Positions 15,112 to 23,298 of a stretch of 32,000 nt of DNA are shown one piece after another. The stretch comes from Synechocystis sp. PCC 6803 substr. PCC-P (GTDB lineage Bacteria; Cyanobacteriota; Cyanobacteriia; Cyanobacteriales; Microcystaceae). Numbering within the stretch: position 1 is the first letter of the stretch; each line of letters opens with the position of its first letter. Below the pieces are notes generated by a model. The model was given only the letters and a program-made list of their open reading frames with translations. It was not told the DNA's origin and did not search any database. Where the stretch lies: assembly GCF_000284455.1 (NCBI RefSeq), contig NC_017039.1:2910001-2942000 (forward strand), given 5' to 3'. The position numbers were made by a program, and so were the translations under genes.

Positions 15112-17528
15112 CGGGGAACGGGACAAGTCTCTTCCCGGACAATTTCCATTAAGCGATGGAAACGCACAGGTTTAACTAATAATTCGTTGGTGGCAATTTC
15201 TAGTTGGGCAATGTTACTTTTTGTCTGTTCTGTGGCATCCACTAAGGCAATAATTGTGATGGGGCTAGAGCCGAAAAATTTACGAATTTCATCCAATTTA
15301 TCCTTCACTTCTTCCCCGGTATTGGCTAAATCCATCACCAATACATGGCAGGATTGATCACCGATTTTGACTAATTGGGTTAATTCCGCTGCGGTTGGAT
15401 AAAGACAATTTAACCATTGCATTTGGTATCCTTTAGCTCGGAAATAACTACTTAGGGTGGTGGCATAGGCAGAATTTTTACTAATTAAAGTGATGATTAT
15501 CGGAGTCGGACTGCCGTGATTAGTAACCTCCACCAGTTGCCCCCGGTGGCGCGGCCCATCTTTATCTTGAAAAACACAGGGAATGGTAATCTTAAAACGA
15601 CTGCCCTCATTGAGCTTGCTGGTCACTGTCACTGAGCCGCCATGGAGTTCAACAATTTTTTTCACTAAAGATAAGCCCAATCCAGTGCCGTCATAGCGAC
15701 GGTTAAGGGCGCTATCAATCTGCACAAACGGCTCAAAAATATTGTTTAGTCTATCCGCCTCAATGCCAATGCCAGTATCGAAAACAGTGAAACTTAACTG
15801 TGGTGGCGACTGGCTATTTTCTTTCCCCTGCTCCTTTATTAAGTCAGCCTGTACGACTACTTTTCCCCCTTCTGGGGTAAATTTAATGGCGTTATTCAGT
15901 AGGTTAATTAAAACTTGACAAAGTCGTCGCTTATCCACTAGCACATCAGGCAAATTGGGAATAATTTCAGACGACAAATTAATTTGTTTTTGGATCGCAA
16001 ATTGTTGGACAAAAGTTAAACTATGATTGACCAATGCTGACACGCTGGTGGGGTTTAAATCCAAATCCATTCTGCCCGCTTCAATTTTAGAAAGGTCAAG
16101 AATATCATTAATTAATGAAAGTAAGTGTCGGCCACTATTTTCTACTATTTCTAACGACTGGACTTGTTTACCGTTGAGGGGACCATAAACTTGGTTTTGT
16201 AGAGTCTCTATCATGCCCAAAATGGAGTTGAGGGGAGTGCGTAATTCGTGGCTCATATTGGCCAGAAATTCGTCTTTGAGTTGAGTGGCTTTGGCTAAAA
16301 TTTTGTTGGAAAGTTTTAGTTGTTCTTCTGCTTTTTTAATCTCCGTAATATCGGCGATCGTACCGATAATTTTCACAAATGCCTCCCCTTGTTCCTGATG
16401 GATTTGCCCCCGCAACAAACAATGATAAATTTCCCCATTGGCCGCTTCCAAACGGAGTTCTGTGGATAGTTCCATGGTGGGATCTTCCAAGCTTTGCTCA
16501 ATGGCCTGCCAAAACATTGGGCGATCGCCAAGGTGAATGAAAAAATCCCCATCTGCCGGTTCAAGGGGTTGCTCAAAGCCAAGCCAAGTAATCAAATTGG
16601 GGTCCACTTCAAAGTAGTGTATTTTAGGCTGACATTCCCACACCCATACCCTTGTGGCCTGGGAAGCTAATTCATAGCGTTGGGCAATTTCCACATATTT
16701 TCTTTCGGCAATTTCTAGGGCTTCTCGTTGATAAATCTGCAATTGATTGAAGGTCTGCACCAGGGTTTGGCCCAAAAAACCAATTTCATTGCTCGGTAGA
16801 GGGGGCAAATTAAACTGCTCAGTATTGTCATAGTTAATTAAGGCCCGGTGCAGTTTCCCCAAAGGGAGCAACACCGCATATCTAATTAATAACCCTAAAA
16901 GCAGGAGAATTACTACTATCCCAATAATGAACGAACCCACCACGAGCAAAAGTCCCTGGTTAACCTCTCGGTTTAATTCCTGTTTTGATAGAATGGTGAT
17001 TGCTACTCCCCGTCGGTGACTATTTTGATCACGGTAACTTTCTCCCTGCTCAGGGAAAGAGTAAGTGTTAAAGGGAAGAGCGTAAACCACCACTTCTTCT
17101 TCTTCAATTTGGGTAATTAGGGATTGGGGGATACCGCTGATGGAAACCTGTTCAAAAATAGGAAAAAGAGCTGGTGTGACTTGGGCATATTTTTCTCCCC
17201 GTACCATTTTTATTTCTCCACCATGGGCAATGAGAATGCCATTGGGATCAACGATTGAAATTGTTTGTACGTTGGGCCAAGTCGCATAGTTTTGGGCCAA
17301 ACGATTGAGGCGATAAACATCCTTGGTTTCCACCAAACCTTCCGCCGCAAACTCTAAACCTTCGGTTAATCGCTGGGCCCTTGTGATAATATTAATTCTT
17401 GATTTTTCTTGTAATTGTTGCCTGGTTAAAACTACGGCTATGGCGCTGGTGATCATCAAAATAAGGGCGCAACCAGCTAGCAACTGGTAACGGAGAGGCC
17501 GGGTAAAACGTGGTTTCTCCTGAACCAT
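15108..17528 (-). CDS. Hybrid sensor histidine kinase: TM, periplasmic domain, TM, HAMP, PAS, HisKA, HATPase_c and a degenerate receiver
   Basis: H-box MSHELRTPLNSILG, N-box LINLLNNAIKFTPEGG, G1 DTGIGI and G2 GTGLGLSLV are present. Two transmembrane segments flank a ~155-aa extracytoplasmic region. The C-terminal receiver-like fold has VLVMDL and LVKP. It may be the gene I recall as hik28, but I cannot verify that. Confidence 0.9.
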   Translation of the reverse strand: MVQEKPRFTRPLRYQLLAGCALILMITSAIAVVLTRQQLQEKSRINIITRAQRLTEGLEFAAEGLVETKDVYRLNRLAQNYATWPNVQTISIVDPNGILIAHGGEIKMVRGEKYAQVTPALFPIFEQVSISGIPQSLITQIEEEEVVVYALPFNTYSFPEQGESYRDQNSHRRGVAITILSKQELNREVNQGLLLVVGSFIIGIVVILLLLGLLIRYAVLLPLGKLHRALINYDNTEQFNLPPLPSNEIGFLGQTLVQTFNQLQIYQREALEIAERKYVEIAQRYELASQATRVWVWECQPKIHYFEVDPNLITWLGFEQPLEPADGDFFIHLGDRPMFWQAIEQSLEDPTMELSTELRLEAANGEIYHCLLRGQIHQEQGEAFVKIIGTIADITEIKKAEEQLKLSNKILAKATQLKDEFLANMSHELRTPLNSILGMIETLQNQVYGPLNGKQVQSLEIVENSGRHLLSLINDILDLSKIEAGRMDLDLNPTSVSALVNHSLTFVQQFAIQKQINLSSEIIPNLPDVLVDKRRLCQVLINLLNNAIKFTPEGGKVVVQADLIKEQGKENSQSPPQLSFTVFDTGIGIEADRLNNIFEPFVQIDSALNRRYDGTGLGLSLVKKIVELHGGSVTVTSKLNEGSRFKITIPCVFQDKDGPRHRGQLVEVTNHGSPTPIIITLISKNSAYATTLSSYFRAKGYQMQWLNCLYPTAAELTQLVKIGDQSCHVLVMDLANTGEEVKDKLDEIRKFFGSSPITIIALVDATEQTKSNIAQLEIATNELLVKPVRFHRLMEIVREETCPVPR

Positions 17529-17530
17529 TC

Positions 17531-18520
17531 TTAAGACCGCTCCACAGCTTGGGAAAACAGTCGAGAATTGATGACAATATCATCTCGAATAATCAGGCGA
17601 TGACCATAACTTTCTAGTAGCAACCGATAGCCTCTAGAAATGACGGATTCTAATTGTCTTTGCACTAACATTTTTTCATTCAAGAGGCGATCGCCGTGAA
17701 TCATCCCCTGGAAACCTTGGACAAAGACCTCCACAGGCACATCCAACTGTTGGGCCACAATGGTAAAAACTTCTTCGGGATTAGTTTCCACCGCATCCAT
17801 CACCTCCAGCCATACCTGAATAAACCGAATTAATTCCTCCTGTTTTTCTTCAACTACTGCTGGACGGGTTATCAGACCATCCACCACCATGCTGTCGATT
17901 TCGGCCGTGGTGTAGATAATGTTTCCCCCAATTTCTTCTGCTGTTTTCTCCAACAGGGGGTCCCAAAGCACCGCTGCGTCAATGGAACCATCTTTGAGGT
18001 GATTGACTCCTTCTTCGTTCGATATGTCAATAATTTCCACTTCATCCAGGTCTAGGTCGTTGGCCCACAGAGCTTCTAGCAAAATTACGTGGGCAAGACT
18101 ACCAAACCGGGCGCTAATCTTTTTGCCAGGCATCTGGGCCATGAAATTTAATCTCGGCCGGGCCACAATGCCGTCGGAACCGGCCGAAACATCGGCAACC
18201 AGGATAAACTCTGGGGTGTCTTGGGGAAAATCCAATTGCATGGCCTGGGGTAGGGGGGCAAAACTGGCATCCTGGTAGCCCCGCATTGTGGCCCGGAGAT
18301 TATCATTCTGTTCTTCAAAATGAACTAATTTAACGTCTAGTCCCCGCTTGGTGAATAGACCCTTAGATTCGGCATACAGAATCACGCTATAGCCAGGCCA
18401 GTCATTCATGCCTACTATGAGCGGCTGTAAAACTTGCTTGGGACGCAGGCTAATTAAGGCGATCGCCGTTAGGATGAGGATAAGCCCAAACCCCAACAGC
18501 TTTTTAAGGGAATACTTCAT
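17531..18520 (-). CDS. Membrane-anchored NitT/TauT (SsuA/TauA/NMT1-like) substrate-binding-protein homologue
   Basis: The preferred start is the ATG at 18520 (MKYSLKKLLGFGLILILTAIALISL, an N-terminal anchor). SBP-like core: IVGMNDWPGYSVILYAESKGLF...DAAVLWDPL. Its stop is 2 nt upstream of the kinase start codon. No ABC permease or ATPase genes lie nearby. Confidence 0.7.
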   Translation of the reverse strand: MKYSLKKLLGFGLILILTAIALISLRPKQVLQPLIVGMNDWPGYSVILYAESKGLFTKRGLDVKLVHFEEQNDNLRATMRGYQDASFAPLPQAMQLDFPQDTPEFILVADVSAGSDGIVARPRLNFMAQMPGKKISARFGSLAHVILLEALWANDLDLDEVEIIDISNEEGVNHLKDGSIDAAVLWDPLLEKTAEEIGGNIIYTTAEIDSMVVDGLITRPAVVEEKQEELIRFIQVWLEVMDAVETNPEEVFTIVAQQLDVPVEVFVQGFQGMIHGDRLLNEKMLVQRQLESVISRGYRLLLESYGHRLIIRDDIVINSRLFSQAVERS

Positions 18521-18595
18521 TGCGGTCTGGGAAATATTAAGGGAATTGGCAAATCTGATCAATGCACCTATTCCGGCCAACACATTCAGTAACCT

Positions 18596-19210
18596 ATGGA
18601 AAAATCACCGTTGAGTCCCCCCGGCTATTGCCTTTATAAAGGGACTACCAGAGATCGGCGGTTACTGGTGGATTTTCTGGAGCGTACCTACCATTCCCTT
18701 TTCCCGGAACTGTGCGACTTTCCCCATTTAGAACAAACAGTGGAAAGCTATTTTTCTTGGCGATCGCCATTGTGGTGGGTTGTGCCGGAAACGACCCAAG
18801 GAAATTCTAATCATAACGACCATGATAGCCCTTTTTTTCCACGGGAAGATCCCCTGGGATTAATGGCCCAAATCAATCCGACAATTGGGCCAGCCGATGG
18901 TTTTAATCAAACAAATTCGGCAGAGAAAATCACTCGTCCCCAACCCATTGCCGGCCTTTGGTTAGGTAACGCCATTGATCAGGTCACAGGCGATCGCCAT
19001 GGACATATTTTCATGCTCTATGTGGAGCCGGCCCACCGTCGTCGGGGCATTGCTACTTCCTTGATGGAACAGGCCCAACAATGGGGCCAACAAAGAGGTG
19101 ATCGATTAATAGCATTGCAGGTTTTTAGCCATAACCAAGGGGCAATGAAATTATATGAAAAATTTGGTTTTACTCCCCATGCTTTGGTCATGCAAAAAAG
19201 CTTGATATAA
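18596..19210 (+). CDS. GNAT-family N-acetyltransferase
   Basis: Acetyl-CoA-binding motif VEPAHRRRGIATSLMEQA and C-terminal NQGAMKLYEKFGF. It carries a ~55-aa low-complexity insertion (TTQGNSNHNDHDSPFFPREDP...NQTNSAEKITRPQP) ahead of the core. Confidence 0.8.
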   Translation: MEKSPLSPPGYCLYKGTTRDRRLLVDFLERTYHSLFPELCDFPHLEQTVESYFSWRSPLWWVVPETTQGNSNHNDHDSPFFPREDPLGLMAQINPTIGPADGFNQTNSAEKITRPQPIAGLWLGNAIDQVTGDRHGHIFMLYVEPAHRRRGIATSLMEQAQQWGQQRGDRLIALQVFSHNQGAMKLYEKFGFTPHALVMQKSLI

Positions 19211-19303
19211 TCGAGATATATCTAGGAAATAGGTTCACCAAAAAAGAGTCTAAGTATTAATTTACCAGCCTAGATTGTCGGATTAAACGGAAGGTAAAAT
19301 AAA

Positions 19304-19837
19304 ATGAAACTTTTACCACTTCTCCCCCTATTTGGCTTGACAGTGGCCTTAGCGATTCCCTCTATGGCTATTTTGGGTGGACCTAGGCAAATCCAAGCCC
19401 AAAGCCCTTATGTTCGTTATGAGTCAGTCAATTATCCCCAGCGTTACATACGTCACAGAAACTATCTGGGCTACATTGAACCCGTCAAGACAAGCTTAGA
19501 TGAATTGGATTCTAGTTTTCGCGTCACAACAGGATTAGCAAACCCTAATTGCATTTCTTTAGAATCTAGAAACTTTCCGAATTACTTCCTAAGACATAGA
19601 AACTATCGCATAATTTTGTCTGCCAATGAAAACAATGATCTTTTTAGGCAGGATGCAACTTTTTGTCCAAGAAATGGATTAAATTCCCAAGGGGGAGTAT
19701 CATTTGAATCAAACAATTATCCAGGTCACTATATTCGACATCGAAACTTTGAACTGTGGCTTGATAAATTTAGCGGATTTACAGAAAGCACAATTTTCAG
19801 AAATGACGCTACTTTCATTCAAAGAGATGTACCTTAA
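19304..19837 (+). CDS. Secreted AbfB-type (alpha-L-arabinofuranosidase B carbohydrate-binding) beta-trefoil domain protein, with no catalytic domain
   Basis: Signal peptide MKLLPLLPLFGLTVALAIPSMA. Three-fold internal repeat: NYPQRYIRHRNY, NFPNYFLRHRNY and NYPGHYIRHRNF, each followed by F/DATF. GGAAGG lies upstream of the ATG. Confidence 0.75.
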   Translation: MKLLPLLPLFGLTVALAIPSMAILGGPRQIQAQSPYVRYESVNYPQRYIRHRNYLGYIEPVKTSLDELDSSFRVTTGLANPNCISLESRNFPNYFLRHRNYRIILSANENNDLFRQDATFCPRNGLNSQGGVSFESNNYPGHYIRHRNFELWLDKFSGFTESTIFRNDATFIQRDVP

Positions 19838-20065
19838 AATAGTTGTCAGTTTTTAACCCAACTCAAAGTCGTTAGCATCGCTTATTTTCAGCATAATTTG
19901 GCTAAGTGCCTTGGAATCAATAAAGCCTAGTTATGCACAAAATAATCCGGCGCTCTTTAGCAGTAAAGTGATTTCATTTTCGAGATCTAGATTTGGGGCT
20001 AGTCTTGCCGAGAAAGACTTTCTAAGGCAGGATTAACAGTGGCAGATTCCCCGGTAAGGCCCTCC

Positions 20066-20341
20066 ATGTCCCATTCCTACCATTGTCGTATTTACGTTAC
20101 CCTACGTCCCTCCGTGCTTGACCCCGCTGGGACTGCTGTGCAATCTGGTTTGCAACAATTGGGCTACGATGGCGTTTCCCAGGTCAGAATTGGTAAATAC
20201 ATTGAGTTAACCCTCGAGGCCCCGGACGAAGCCACCGCTTCCCAACAGCTAGACACCATGTGTGACCAACTATTGGCCAATACGGTGATCGAAAATTATT
20301 GCTTTGAAATTACCGCCCTAGAAGGTGCCGTCACACCATGA
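20066..20341 (+). CDS. purS: Phosphoribosylformylglycinamidine synthase subunit PurS
   Basis: [43 protein letters not shown] is the PurS signature. I prefer the ATG at 20066, but the listed GTG at 20039 is possible. ATGA overlap with purQ. Confidence 0.85.
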   Translation: MSHSYHCRIYVTLRPSVLDPAGTAVQSGLQQLGYDGVSQVRIGKYIELTLEAPDEATASQQLDTMCDQLLANTVIENYCFEITALEGAVTP

Positions 20342-21012
20342 CCAGTTTTGGTATTATTGTTTTCCCCGGTTCCAACTGCGATCGGGACATTGCCACCGTC
20401 ACCGCCGGTTTATTAGACCAGCCAACTCGATTTATTTGGCACCAAGAAACCGATCTCCACGGGGTAGATGTGGTGGTTTTGCCAGGGGGCTTCAGCTACG
20501 GTGATTATCTCCGCTGTGGGGCGATCGCCAGATTTTCTCCTATTATGACCGCCATCATTGACCATGCCAACGCAGGCAAAAGGGTGTTGGGTATCTGTAA
20601 CGGTTTTCAGGTGCTAACGGAAGTTGGTTTACTGCCGGGGGCTTTAATTCGCAATCGGGATTTACATTTCATCTGTGACCGGGTGACCGTGCGGGTTGAA
20701 AGTAACCAGACAGTCTGGACAAAGGGTTACCAATCCCAACAGGTAATCACCCTTCCCATTGCCCACGGCGAGGGCCGCTATTTTGCTGATGGGGATACGT
20801 TGAAAGCCTTGGAGGATAACGAGCAAATTCTCTTCCGCTACAGCAACGCCCAGGGGGAATTGACAACGGACAGCAATCCCAACGGTTCTTTGCACAATAT
20901 TGCTGGCATTACCAATGTCCAAGGTAATGTGCTGGGCATGATGCCCCACCCAGAACGGGCGGCCGATCGCCTACTCAAGGCCACTGATGGCCTGGCCATG
21001 TTTATCAGTTAG
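20338..21012 (+). CDS. purQ: Phosphoribosylformylglycinamidine synthase I, glutaminase subunit PurQ
   Basis: Class I glutamine amidotransferase. Nucleophile Cys in GICNGFQVL, plus FSYGDYL, HGEGR and MPHPER motifs. Confidence 0.95.
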   Translation: MTSFGIIVFPGSNCDRDIATVTAGLLDQPTRFIWHQETDLHGVDVVVLPGGFSYGDYLRCGAIARFSPIMTAIIDHANAGKRVLGICNGFQVLTEVGLLPGALIRNRDLHFICDRVTVRVESNQTVWTKGYQSQQVITLPIAHGEGRYFADGDTLKALEDNEQILFRYSNAQGELTTDSNPNGSLHNIAGITNVQGNVLGMMPHPERAADRLLKATDGLAMFIS

Positions 21013-22000
21013 GTTAGTCCATGAAGGCAAGTATGGCCTATTCACATCTAAACGAAGAGGATCATTAACTTTGCTCACCGGAGCTAAACGCTTAACGTTA
21101 ACGGAGTGGAAAACCATTGGCCTCCTGCTGACCATGGTCACTACCCAGGTGTTGGGGGATATTTGGCTCAGCCGGGGCATGAAAGTGTTCGGCGCAGTGG
21201 AAGATTATAGTCTTGCAGGTTTGTGGACATTGTTTCTCTATCTGCTCACTTCCCCCTGGATTGTGGTGGGGGTAATCACGTTACTGTTTGCCCTGTTTCT
21301 CTATTTCACCGCTACATCCCGGCTGGATTTAAGTTTAGTTCTGCCCCTATTTTCTTCCAGCTACATTCTCAATGCCCTACTGGCATGGCTAATACTGGGG
21401 GAAGAAGTTTCCTTTTACCGTTGGCTGGCCACTTTTATGATCGCCAGTGGAGTATTTATTGTCTGTTGGTCAGAACATCGCCACCGTTCCCAACTAATGG
21501 GGGAAAAGTTTAGCCCGACCCCAGCCCCGGTCGTACCAGTTAAGTCTTCCCGGCGATCGCCATTGTGGTTATTTCCTGTGGGCATTGCCCTTTCTCGGGT
21601 TTGGTTTGGCATTTTGATTTTAATTTTCACCGATTCCGCTGGGGACGTACTCATTGCCCGGGGCATGAAACAAATTGGCCCTGTGAGGTTACAATCGCCC
21701 CTGAAAATGGTCAAGTTAATTGGTCGTATTCTTTCCCATCCCTCAGTGTTAGGGGGCATTGGTTGCCAAACCATCAGTTTTGTTACTTTTATTTCCCTGC
21801 TCAGTTGGACCGATATTAGCCTGATCCGACCAGCGGGGGCATTGGGTTACGTCATGAGCCTATTGGGGGCCAAATTTTTGCTGAAAGAAACCATTCCCCT
21901 GGCTCGGTGGCTGGGCATCGGCGTGATTACCGCTGGGGTAGCCCTTATCGCCCTCGACGAAGTTAATTTGGTGGATCAAATTTTGCTATTTTTCCTGTAG
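20987..22000 (+). CDS. DMT-superfamily (EamA-like) ten-helix membrane transporter
   Basis: Two homologous halves of 4-5 helices each are joined by a charged linker ([19 protein letters not shown]...). The start is uncertain. The ATG at 20987 overlaps purQ by 26 nt and a TTG at 21071 is possible. The ATG at 21134 would cut the first helix. Confidence 0.7.
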   Translation: MAWPCLSVRLVHEGKYGLFTSKRRGSLTLLTGAKRLTLTEWKTIGLLLTMVTTQVLGDIWLSRGMKVFGAVEDYSLAGLWTLFLYLLTSPWIVVGVITLLFALFLYFTATSRLDLSLVLPLFSSSYILNALLAWLILGEEVSFYRWLATFMIASGVFIVCWSEHRHRSQLMGEKFSPTPAPVVPVKSSRRSPLWLFPVGIALSRVWFGILILIFTDSAGDVLIARGMKQIGPVRLQSPLKMVKLIGRILSHPSVLGGIGCQTISFVTFISLLSWTDISLIRPAGALGYVMSLLGAKFLLKETIPLARWLGIGVITAGVALIALDEVNLVDQILLFFL

Positions 22001-22257
22001 ACAAAGCAATTTGGCGATCGGCCTAGTTGTTTATTCTAGTCCCATCAAGGAGCAGTGGAATAGCAAGATCCATTACTAAAAGCATTTTAAAAATTATTCA
22101 ATGGAATTATTTTATTTGTCCCAAAGTATTGACATAGCTATTGATTAACTTTCTGACTAAAATAGTCCACCATCACAGTTAATCAATTTACACAATTCCA
22201 CCCATAAATAACCCACTTCCTCATTAAAATTGAGATATCCGAATTGGAATTTTAATT

Positions 22258-23148
22258 ATGAAGACTTCTATTTTATCTGCATCAACTTTGCTGATTCTTG
22301 GCTTAACCAGTTTAATTCCAGCCATGGCCCAATCTCAAAGTATTACCTGCTTGAGGGAGGGCAGTTTTATTACCTGTCCTGGCTATGGACGTTTTGATTA
22401 TACTTCTGATAATCGTTATAACCGTGAGTCAGAGATAAATAACCTTTTTATACAGGTTTTGGGGCGTAACGCCACCAGCAATGAATTACGGGACTTTACC
22501 CAGACTATTAATAACCGAGGTTGGTCTTTGGCACAAGTCAGAGAAAACCTAGTTAATAGTGAAGAATTTTACCAATCTGTTAATAGCTTTTACCGAGAAT
22601 CCTTAGGCCGAAATATTGATGACAATGGCTTAATGCATTATCGTAGTGTAGTTGTTAATGGCCAAAACTTAGGAAATATTCGCAACGAAATCAACAATAG
22701 CACTGAAGCCAGAAACTTAAATAATGGCGGTAATTATAACCAAGGCAATAATTCTGTACGACAACGTCAATTCAATGACATGTATGTTCAAGTGTTGGGT
22801 CGTAATGCCAACTCCAACGATGTAAGGGATTACAATCGGTCAATGAACAGTAATCGTAATTATTCCTTGCTCGAAGCCCGTCAAGATTTGGTAAACAGCC
22901 AAAAATTTAAAACAGCAATGGATAGCTTATATCAACAATATTTAGGACGTAATGCTGACACAGTGGGGCTACAAGGTTATCGCAATGCAGTCATGGCTGG
23001 TAGTACTTTTGATAATATCAAAAATGAAATCTCCAATAGTCCTGAAGCTGAACGATATCAAGACAATAGCGATAATTCAAGCAATCCATCCAGTGGGACT
23101 TCAATCATGAAAGGGCTTCTTTGTGGAATTACTAATATATGTTTTTGA
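22258..23148 (+). CDS. Secreted Asn-rich protein with four DUF4214-like repeats
   Basis: Signal peptide ending PAMAQS. The LGRN core motif occurs at aa 68, 116, 180 and 229 in an A-B-A-B arrangement (FIQVLGRNATSNELRDF / FYRESLGRNIDDNGLMHYR / YVQVLGRNANSNDVRDY / YQQYLGRNADTVGLQGYR). It lies in a visibly AT-rich segment. Confidence 0.7.
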   Translation: MKTSILSASTLLILGLTSLIPAMAQSQSITCLREGSFITCPGYGRFDYTSDNRYNRESEINNLFIQVLGRNATSNELRDFTQTINNRGWSLAQVRENLVNSEEFYQSVNSFYRESLGRNIDDNGLMHYRSVVVNGQNLGNIRNEINNSTEARNLNNGGNYNQGNNSVRQRQFNDMYVQVLGRNANSNDVRDYNRSMNSNRNYSLLEARQDLVNSQKFKTAMDSLYQQYLGRNADTVGLQGYRNAVMAGSTFDNIKNEISNSPEAERYQDNSDNSSNPSSGTSIMKGLLCGITNICF

Positions 23149-23181
23149 TGAATTTCACAAATAAAATCAAGGAGTTCATTT

Positions 23182-23231
23182 AAAAAAAATTGAGAGAAAG
23201 GGGTAAAGGCAGCAATATCTCTCTTTTTTTT
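23182..23231. terminator. Possible bidirectional intrinsic terminator between convergent genes
   Basis: An A8 run (23182-23189) is followed by the stem GAGAGA (23192-23197) and TCTCTC (23218-23223), then a T8 run (23224-23231). The stem is only 6 bp and the loop is 20 nt, so the hairpin is weak. Confidence 0.4.
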
Positions 23232-23298
23232 AAATTTATAGCGGCAGCAAAAGCATATTTCAATTAAGGAAAAATACAAAATTAGAACTTTAAAACTC

